Virus record (IMG/VR): IMGVR_UViG_2529292836_000023
Direction: 5' to 3' (one strand)
Source of the DNA: a virus
Lineage: Duplodnaviria > Heunggongvirae > Uroviricota > Caudoviricetes
Length of the DNA stretch: 34,006 nt
Part shown: piece by piece, positions 27,559 through 34,006 of the stretch
How positions within the stretch are numbered: position 1 is the stretch's first letter
Layout: each line of letters starts with the position of its first letter
Notes under the pieces: model-generated
Told to the model about the DNA's origin: nothing
Database searches by the model: none
The model's input: the letters and a program-made list of their open reading frames with translations, nothing else
Program-made: the position numbers and the translations under genes

Positions 27559-29844
27559 TTATGCCCACTCCATTACTGTTGAGAATCCCGGCCACTCATC
27601 AGCGACCGGATACGTGAATTTTTTCCCGTCATAATTTACGGTCGCCCCACGCGCCAGCGCCTCAAGCTCCCATCGCTGCGGCCTGATACCGTTCTGAGCA
27701 AGGTCAACACGGATACGGGTGATTTGCATTCGTTCTGACCGGGTCAGTCTGGCTGATGGCGCTATTTCATGCGGTTTTAACGGGCTTCCGTTTATTTGCT
27801 GACGATTTGGTGTTCTCAGTCCGTGTTTTAATGCACCTCTGAGCGCCCTCACAACCTCCGGGTCATTCCATTCGATAACACCGTCATCAACCAGATTAAG
27901 CACGGCTGCGGCGTGTTCAGAAGGTGTGGGAGCCGGTAACGAAGTATCACCACCGGTGAACTTTCCACAGTTATTGACAGGACTCCGAGGCGCGGCGATG
28001 CCGCTTTTTAAAGTCAAAGGCTCAACGACCGGAACTTTCGGCACAATGCGCCAGTCCGTCGTTCTGGTGATATGAATATGACGCGCGCCGAGATGCGGCG
28101 CGTAAATGCCGACCACTCTCTCGACTTCTTCCTCGTACTCGTTAACGTCATCCGACGGGCTACGGGCGACTCTGACAGTCTGGCAATCACGCGGAACATT
28201 TGCCCCACCCTGCGCGCTGATATACAACGCAAAATCACCACTGTCTGCGGCGGCGCGTGCAGCCTCCACGCGTTCGTCAAATTCATCAGCAATGCTGACG
28301 CCGCGAGGCAATTTACGTAGCTCACGGTAAGCCCCCATTGTCGGCAGGCCAATCGTTTTAAATTGCGGGATGCGCCACGTTGACGCCCATGCGGTAACAG
28401 CCGCCGCAGTATCTTTCAGCTGTCTGCCGGTATCGTTATCGAGCTGACCATCCAGTGCATAGCCGTCGATGTTTTTTGAAATGTATTTCGCGATATATCC
28501 CGCAGCACCGCCCCGGTTAAGGTGTTTTGCCTGAAAACGGTTTCGCGCGGCTCCTCTTTCGTCACCATCCTCTTTGAGCGCATAGCGACGCATGATTTCG
28601 ATAATCTGGTTACGCTGGCGTGGATTACAAAAAAGCATCATATGCCAGTGCGGCGTTCCGTCGTGGTGTGGCTCGACGACTCGCAAACCGTAGACCTGTA
28701 AATCATTATCCTTGAATGCCGTGCGCATCAGGCTCCAGATACGGCAGAGATAACGCTGCGCATCCTTTGGATTAAATGCCTCATCGTTCCAGCCGTGATT
28801 TAGCTGGACGGTTTTACTTTCGCCTTTTCTAACCTGACGTGTCGGATGATACTTTGACGGCGCGGTCAGCGTGATAAACATCCCCACATCACCCTCTGCG
28901 GCGGCGTAACGCTCAATACCGGCGATGGTGTTCATCAGCTCCATCCGGCGAATTTCAGGATTAGAAATACTGCCCATCCCCTTACTGATAAGGTCGATGC
29001 GCTCGCCGGTTTCCCTGTTTTCAAGGTCACACGATTTAAGAAATTCCAGATTTGCCTGGCGGCGTGCACGTACATCACGAATGGCATGTTTACTGGCATA
29101 AGGAGAACGGTCTTTATTGACCTCCCCGACAGCGATCAGTAACGCCTCATGCCAGCGCATACGCTGGCCTTTAAGCTGATGAGTCCACCACTCATCGTTA
29201 AACAGACGGGCAATGGCAGAATATGCCTGCCTCGTGGTCATCTGTCCTTTACGGTATTTTTTCCAGTAGAGCGGGGAAATATTGAAAGCACGTGCAGCGC
29301 CAGCAACATGACCATAGAGGTGAGCCTGCGCCTCATCCGTAAACAGCGATTCTTTTTCGCCATGCGCATCCACCCAGGCATCGCTGAGTTCCTCATACAT
29401 CATGAAAAGCTGCGATGAGATACGGGCGGCAAATTTTTTCAGCTCCTTGTCATTCATTCCCGGCAGGTGCGCATACTGGTCGCGCTCTGCCAGAAACAGC
29501 AACGACGCGTCGGTGTTCATTTCATGGCGCTGATTCACGCGCTCAATGCGCGGCCATAAACGACGCTGAAAAGTGGATGTGAGGAAATAAAACCCGTGCA
29601 CCGGGCTTTTATTGCGCCGGATGTAGTCATAGCGTGAAGTAAACAGCGAGCGCAAAAAGTAAGGCAGGCGGTTAATCGTGGATAAAACACCTTGCACCTG
29701 ACGCATCTCGTCACGTGTAAGGGGTCTTTCGCGCCCGACGGCCTCGCGTGGCGCGTTCCATGCATAAGCACCGGTAAACGTCTTACCGGTGCCTGCGGCA
29801 AATGCTGACGGAGGGACAAAACGCCCGGAGGCTTTAACGGCCAT
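27559..29844 (-). CDS. A: Replication initiation protein gpA (rolling-circle nickase)
   Basis: 761 aa from ATG 29844 (MAVKASGRFVPPSAFAAGTGK...), matching P2 A; the 775-aa track ORF over-extends the N-terminus. Confidence 0.9.
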   Translation of the reverse strand: MAVKASGRFVPPSAFAAGTGKTFTGAYAWNAPREAVGRERPLTRDEMRQVQGVLSTINRLPYFLRSLFTSRYDYIRRNKSPVHGFYFLTSTFQRRLWPRIERVNQRHEMNTDASLLFLAERDQYAHLPGMNDKELKKFAARISSQLFMMYEELSDAWVDAHGEKESLFTDEAQAHLYGHVAGAARAFNISPLYWKKYRKGQMTTRQAYSAIARLFNDEWWTHQLKGQRMRWHEALLIAVGEVNKDRSPYASKHAIRDVRARRQANLEFLKSCDLENRETGERIDLISKGMGSISNPEIRRMELMNTIAGIERYAAAEGDVGMFITLTAPSKYHPTRQVRKGESKTVQLNHGWNDEAFNPKDAQRYLCRIWSLMRTAFKDNDLQVYGLRVVEPHHDGTPHWHMMLFCNPRQRNQIIEIMRRYALKEDGDERGAARNRFQAKHLNRGGAAGYIAKYISKNIDGYALDGQLDNDTGRQLKDTAAAVTAWASTWRIPQFKTIGLPTMGAYRELRKLPRGVSIADEFDERVEAARAAADSGDFALYISAQGGANVPRDCQTVRVARSPSDDVNEYEEEVERVVGIYAPHLGARHIHITRTTDWRIVPKVPVVEPLTLKSGIAAPRSPVNNCGKFTGGDTSLPAPTPSEHAAAVLNLVDDGVIEWNDPEVVRALRGALKHGLRTPNRQQINGSPLKPHEIAPSARLTRSERMQITRIRVDLAQNGIRPQRWELEALARGATVNYDGKKFTYPVADEWPGFSTVMEWA

Positions 29845-30109
29845 ATGAGCCAAAAGCCTCTGAACAACGCTTGCTGAGTTGCTCAACCTGCGCGTTTAAA
29901 TCAGCAAAAGATTTTGCGCTTCCGGTCAGAATATCGTGATGCATCAGGCCGGAAACGAGCTGGCTTAATTTCGGGTAATAACCAACCACCGCCAGCCATT
30001 CCTGACCGGCGTTTTTACCGCTTTCCGCTCTCTTTTTCTCGTGGAGAATAAACTGAAAACTGTCACTGGTAACGACATAACGTTCGCCAATTTCGATACG
30101 AATACTCAT
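29834..30109 (-). CDS. Hypothetical early-region protein (P2 orf83 position)
   Basis: 91-aa ORF immediately upstream of A with short overlap, same strand as the early operon. Confidence 0.65.
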   Translation of the reverse strand: MSIRIEIGERYVVTSDSFQFILHEKKRAESGKNAGQEWLAVVGYYPKLSQLVSGLMHHDILTGSAKSFADLNAQVEQLSKRCSEAFGSYGR

Positions 30110-30330
30110 GCCGTTCTCCGGTAATGTTTGTTTTTTGCTTCAAAGACTGACTGACAGGAAACACAACGCGTGGCTGAGGGATAAGCAGCACGACGGGCAG
30201 CAGGTATTGGCGCGTCACCCTCTTCGCAAACCAGCGCAGAAGCACCGCAATGTTTTACCCTTGCCGCGTTAATCTGGCGCTCCAGTAATTCAGCCTGTTG
30301 TTCCTGAATAAAATCTACGTTGTCCGGCAT
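30106..30330 (-). CDS. DksA/TraR-family C4 zinc-finger protein (P2 orf82-like)
   Basis: 74 aa with four Cys in two pairs (HCGASALVCEE ... RCVSCQ); translationally coupled to neighbouring ORFs. Confidence 0.65.
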   Translation of the reverse strand: MPDNVDFIQEQQAELLERQINAARVKHCGASALVCEEGDAPIPAARRAAYPSATRCVSCQSVFEAKNKHYRRTA

Positions 30331-30332
30331 TA

Positions 30333-30635
30333 TCAGCTCCTTTTATCGTTAAGTTTCCTGGATACATCAGTGCAATAACTGGCAAGTTCTGTCGTTAATT
30401 TTGTCAGTTCATCCACGGAGGAAATTTGCTTGTGGAACACAGCGCGTTTAACAAGTAAATTGACCACATCAGACAGGAGGTTTAATTCATTCTGATAAAT
30501 CGCGATAACAGATTCAGTTATGTCGCGTTTTTCTTTATCAAGACAAAGTTGAATAAGAGACAAATCGCCATTTTTCATAACGGCGATTTTTAAGGCGTTA
30601 TTCAGTAATACAACTGAATGAGAACAGGACATCAA
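30333..30635 (-). CDS. Hypothetical early-region protein (P2 orf81 position)
   Basis: 100-aa ORF in the cox-B-A operon, stop/start overlaps with its neighbours. Confidence 0.6.
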   Translation of the reverse strand: MMSCSHSVVLLNNALKIAVMKNGDLSLIQLCLDKEKRDITESVIAIYQNELNLLSDVVNLLVKRAVFHKQISSVDELTKLTTELASYCTDVSRKLNDKRS

Positions 30636-30856
30636 AGTACCTCCCCGCGAGACAATCCGATATTGTGAAATTTTTCCGACTCCTGACTGAGCAGCTCGAC
30701 TATCTCCACGCGGGATAACTCCGCCTTTGTGATGTGGCGAATCATGGCGTCAAGATGAGAAGAAAAGCGCGTCGCCGCGTCGGCCTGTGCTTCGGTTCTG
30801 GCCTGTTGCAGCAGTAATGCGTATTTACCGCACTGATTTTCAGAAACTGTATGCAT
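30632..30856 (-). CDS. Hypothetical early-region protein (P2 orf80 position)
   Basis: 74 aa from ATG 30856 preceded by GGAG ([18 protein letters not shown]...); the track ORF starts further upstream at 30889. Confidence 0.55.
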   Translation of the reverse strand: MHTVSENQCGKYALLLQQARTEAQADAATRFSSHLDAMIRHITKAELSRVEIVELLSQESEKFHNIGLSRGEVL

Positions 30857-30919
30857 GACTTTCTCCAGGCAAAAAAAAGCCCCACACAATTAAGTGCGTT
30901 AAAAACTCTGGTTAATTAC

Positions 30920-31426
30920 TTAATGCAGATATTGCTCTGGTTTTACCGACGTCAGAATTGTCGGTGCATACTCAAACAGGCTGAATAATTCACGTAATGC
31001 ACGGAATAAAGCATCACGCCAGTAACATGACTCTTCATTAATTCGCCAGTATGGCTGGTTAAATTCTTTTTCTGTCAGTCGTGCGTGCATAAATAAAGTG
31101 CGACGCTGACTGACTGTTAAAAAACTAATATATGCATACTCACTTGCGCCAACCTGACGGCGTTTTGAGAATGCCCCGCGCAATTCATCAATTGCACATA
31201 CCAGTCGTTCACGTTCGACGTCGTTCATTTCTTCAAAACGCATCGTTGCATGACGCTGTTTTAACTGCGCATGAAAGCAAACCGTTAGCCGTTCGCGTTC
31301 CATCATCTGATTATAATAATCGCATGTCTCCTGCCAGCGAGGGACGGCCAGATGCTTACCAATTATCCGGCGCATAGTTGCTGGCTGTTTTTCAACGAGA
31401 TTGAGCGTCATCACTGTCATTTCCAT
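30920..31426 (-). CDS. B: Replication protein gpB
   Basis: Product ...MTLNLVEKQPATMRRIIGKHLAVPRWQETCDYYNQMMERERL... matches recalled P2 B (~166 aa); exact start among three N-terminal Met codons is uncertain. Confidence 0.85.
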   Translation of the reverse strand: MEMTVMTLNLVEKQPATMRRIIGKHLAVPRWQETCDYYNQMMERERLTVCFHAQLKQRHATMRFEEMNDVERERLVCAIDELRGAFSKRRQVGASEYAYISFLTVSQRRTLFMHARLTEKEFNQPYWRINEESCYWRDALFRALRELFSLFEYAPTILTSVKPEQYLH

Positions 31427-31611
31427 ACCCTCCGGCTTTTCAGAAAGGTCAGAGCCTTTTTTAACGGACTCTGTTTTTTGGTGCGGATAATGATTCCCTT
31501 ACGCCCCTTACCGTGGGTGATGGTGAAGTCAATTGCCCTGGGGCTTTCGTTACGCAATAACTGAGCAATACAACGAGGCTCATTCATACGGTTCTCCTTA
31601 ACGTGGTTCAC
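31417..31611 (-). CDS. Small hypothetical protein (P2 orf78 position); true start may be the internal ATG near 31587
   Basis: 64-aa basic ORF between cox and B; its upstream end overlaps the cox stop if the longest start is used. Confidence 0.5.
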   Translation of the reverse strand: MNHVKENRMNEPRCIAQLLRNESPRAIDFTITHGKGRKGIIIRTKKQSPLKKALTFLKSRRVWK

Positions 31612-31873
31612 CTAGACCTAACCACATCAACCAGCCGTCACGAATCTCTTTAGGACGGCTTTCATAAGCCAGTTTTAGTCCGTTATTCCATGCCGGAAGG
31701 TATACCCAATATTCACCAGCACGCCCCGATACTGACTGAGGGTCAGTAATCTCAATAACTGGTAATTTCCCTTTCTCAATCATGCCCCTTACAGCTCTTG
31801 GAGTTTTACCAATGAGTTTTGCAAACTCCTGATAAGGCACGGCATCAGTCACGCTTACAAGCTGTCTATTCAT
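31598..31873 (-). CDS. cox: Cox excisionase / repressor of Pc
   Basis: 91 aa; ...PYQEFAKLIGKTPRAVRGMIEKGKLPVI...SGRAGEYWVYLPAWNNGLKLAYESRPKEIRDGWLMWLGLGEPR matches recalled P2 Cox. Confidence 0.9.
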   Translation of the reverse strand: MNRQLVSVTDAVPYQEFAKLIGKTPRAVRGMIEKGKLPVIEITDPQSVSGRAGEYWVYLPAWNNGLKLAYESRPKEIRDGWLMWLGLGEPR

Positions 31874-31994
31874 CTGCTACGATTCTCCCTTAGTGCTTCT
31901 AATGGCTCCTAATGGCTAATTATTGCCTAAAAGGATAACTCCAGAAGCACAACGCTTCACACCATCAGCAAGAAATTACGCAATCGGAGTAATT
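31874..31994. promoter_or_regulatory. Immunity switch region (divergent Pe/Pc) with tandem 10-bp direct repeats YCTAATGGCT at about 31898-31917
   Basis: Intergenic region between divergent cox and C; two adjacent copies of CTAATGGCT read directly; operator role inferred by analogy to P2 C direct-repeat operators. Confidence 0.5.
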
Positions 31995-32294
31995 ATGTCA
32001 ATAGACGTTTCGGAGAAGTTGAAGCTAATCCGTGAATCTGAAAGGTTAAACCGTAAAGAATTCAGTGAATTAACTGGTGTAGCCTACAGCTCACTTTCGA
32101 GCTATGAGAGCCGGTCAAAAAACGCTGGAGTTGAAGCCATAATGAAGGTCTTACAACATCCTAGATTTACTAAATATACTTTGTGGTTCATGACTGATCA
32201 GGTAGCTCCAGAAGCCGGGCAAATTGCGCCCGCTCTCGCACACTTTGGGCAAAACGAAACAACGTCGCCCCACTCCGGTCAAAAGACTGGTTAA
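31995..32294 (+). CDS. C: Immunity repressor C
   Basis: 99 aa from ATG 31995 (GGAG upstream); C-terminal ...FTKYTLWFMTDQVAPEAGQIAPALAHFGQNETTSPHSGQKTG matches P2 C; N-terminal part diverges (a different immunity specificity is possible). Confidence 0.85.
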   Translation: MSIDVSEKLKLIRESERLNRKEFSELTGVAYSSLSSYESRSKNAGVEAIMKVLQHPRFTKYTLWFMTDQVAPEAGQIAPALAHFGQNETTSPHSGQKTG

Positions 32295-32409
32295 CAATTT
32301 ATCGTGAATATATTCATCACAAGTGCCTACTATTGGTGGCTAAATTTCAGCCACCACGAAAAAAGCGATTAGTAGTAGCAAAAAAAAGTACCACTCGGAG
32401 GGTTTTCTG

Positions 32410-33423
32410 ATGGCAATCAAAAAACTCGATGATGGTCGATATGAAGTGGACATCCGCCCTACTGGACGTAACGGAAAACGCATCCGTAGGAAGTTTGATA
32501 AGAAAAGCGAAGCTGCCGCTTTCGAAAAATACACGTTGTACAACCACCACAATAAAGAATGGCTATCAAAACCAACAGACAAACGACGTCTGTCGGAACT
32601 GACACAGATCTGGTGGGATTTAAAGGGTAAACACGAAGAGCATGGGAAATCTAATCTTGGAAAAATTGAAATCTTCACAAAAATAACGAATGACCCATGC
32701 GCATTTCAAATCACGAAATCCCTCATCAGCCAGTACTGCGCCACCCGAAGAAGTCAGGGTATTAAACCTTCGAGTATCAATCGTGATTTAACATGTATTA
32801 GCGGTATGTTTACAGCCCTGATTGAAGCGGAGTTATTCTTTGGTGAGCACCCTATCAGAGGGACAAAGAGGCTTAAGGAGGAAAAACCAGAAACAGGCTA
32901 TCTCACACAGGAAGAAATTGCCTTACTGCTTGCAGCACTTGACGGCGACAATAAAAAGATTGCGATTCTTTGCCTGAGTACAGGAGCACGTTGGGGAGAA
33001 GCAGCTCGTTTGAAAGCAGAAAATATCATCCATAACCGCGTCACGTTTGTTAAAACGAAAACAAACAAACCACGCACCGTCCCGATCTCAGAGGCTGTTG
33101 CCAAAATGATCGCGGATAACAAACGAGGTTTTTTATTCCCTGATGCTGATTACCCTCGCTTCAGACGAACAATGAAAGCAATAAAACCGGATTTGCCAAT
33201 GGGGCAAGCCACACATGCACTAAGGCACAGCTTTGCCACTCATTTCATGATTAATGGAGGAAGTATTATCACGCTACAACGGATACTAGGTCACACGCGG
33301 ATTGAGCAAACTATGGTTTACGCTCATTTTGCGCCAGAGTACCTTCAGGACGCCATTTCTCTTAATCCGCTAAGAGGTGGTACTGAGGCCGAGAGTGTCC
33401 ACACAGTGTCCACAGTAGAGTAA
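32410..33423 (+). CDS. int: Tyrosine integrase
   Basis: 337 aa, same as P2 Int; C-terminal catalytic region with ...HALRHSFATHFMINGGSIITLQRILGHTRIEQTMVYAHF... (R, H-x-x-R, Y); adjacent to attR. Confidence 0.9.
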   Translation: MAIKKLDDGRYEVDIRPTGRNGKRIRRKFDKKSEAAAFEKYTLYNHHNKEWLSKPTDKRRLSELTQIWWDLKGKHEEHGKSNLGKIEIFTKITNDPCAFQITKSLISQYCATRRSQGIKPSSINRDLTCISGMFTALIEAELFFGEHPIRGTKRLKEEKPETGYLTQEEIALLLAALDGDNKKIAILCLSTGARWGEAARLKAENIIHNRVTFVKTKTNKPRTVPISEAVAKMIADNKRGFLFPDADYPRFRRTMKAIKPDLPMGQATHALRHSFATHFMINGGSIITLQRILGHTRIEQTMVYAHFAPEYLQDAISLNPLRGGTEAESVHTVSTVE

Positions 33424-33502
33424 CGTTTAAGGGCTTTCAGTGGTAATTTATGCCGCTCAAACCCGCATTGTACCGTTGAAAGCCCCTACTGGTGACACCC
33501 TA

Positions 33503-33529
33503 AATCTCCCTTACACGGGCTTATTTTTT
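33503..33529. repeat. attR core, 27 bp (one extra T in the T-run)
   Basis: Exact copy of the 1507-1533 core. Confidence 0.8.
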
Positions 33530-33688
33530 TATGCATAAGCCCTATCTCTGGTAACCGTCTTCCATTGACCACATCGATAGAATCCTCCTTCATAGCACGA
33601 TGCCTTTCACTTATCGGCATCGTGCTCCCACAGGTTCCGGCTACGCACAGCCAGAACGCGCATATTTGACGCTTACCAAAAAATATTC

Positions 33689-34006
33689 TCACTCTCCACA
33701 TTTGAATGTCAGACGAGCGACACCATGTAATCCTACACCTTCTGTCTTCAGCTCAACTATTTGCATTTTTTTGCCCTGAGTAACACAGAAATGAGTTGCA
33801 TCATTTTTTACTATATTTTCTGCACCAGATATTCTACCCCTGGCTAAAGAAGCTTCGGCTTCGGTGTAGTATTGGTTATCGAGTTTACGCTGAATATTAC
33901 TTTTATATGCAAGACCAAATTTACCGATACTTGTCTCATCATTATGCACAGCACAACCAGACATAATAAAAATACTAATTAATGATATAGCAGCTATCTT
34001 TTTCAT
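33689..34006 (-). CDS. yegR: Putative lipoprotein YegR, host gene
   Basis: 105-aa ORF with signal peptide and lipobox-like MSGC; host side of attR; yegR lies at this locus in E. coli K-12 as recalled. Confidence 0.7.
   Translation of the reverse strand: MKKIAAISLISIFIMSGCAVHNDETSIGKFGLAYKSNIQRKLDNQYYTEAEASLARGRISGAENIVKNDATHFCVTQGKKMQIVELKTEGVGLHGVARLTFKCGE

Larger units (their letters stand above)
1507..33529. mobile_element. P2-like (Peduovirus) prophage, ~32 kb, integrated at the 3' end of cyaR
   Basis: Bounded by 27-bp att core direct repeats; ogr adjacent to attL and integrase adjacent to attR; complete P2 gene order and product lengths in between. Confidence 0.9.

Noticed and set aside
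32340-32678. Minus-strand ORFs of 67 and 112 aa overlapping the start of int
   Set aside because: They are antisense to the conserved integrase coding sequence with no independent support.
33486-33701. 71-aa minus-strand ORF spanning the attR flank
   Set aside because: It overlaps the att core and the hairpin region and has no Shine-Dalgarno; likely a chance ORF.

Overview
This window is an Escherichia-type chromosomal segment (yegQ to yegR) carrying a complete ~32 kb P2-like prophage (about 1507-33529) inserted into the 3' end of the sRNA gene cyaR, with a 27-bp att core repeated at both ends. Gene order from attL is ogr, D, U, T, E/E+E', FII, FI, [cargo], G, H, I, J, W, V, S, R, lysC/lysB/lysA, K, Y, X, L, M, N, O, then divergent P and Q, cos, [cargo], A, four small early ORFs, B, an orf78-like ORF, cox, C, int, attR. 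Two AT-rich cargo islands sit at the two classical P2 variable loci. Between cos and A (the old/tin position) is an 868-codon protein with a clear N-terminal SIR2-type NADase signature fused to a ~560-aa helical C-terminal region and no partner gene; this is the strongest candidate for an anti-phage defence system, family unassigned. Between FI and G (the Z/fun position) is a 175-aa protein of unknown function with a weak HEPN-like Rx4H motif. Tail fibre gene H is broken by a degenerate ~120-bp tandem-repeat array (one frameshift plus an in-frame TGA), which is either a real pseudogene or an assembly artefact. All calls come from reading the sequence and the ORF track against recalled P2 biology; no database search was run, and coordinates of non-ORF motifs may be off by 1-2 bp.
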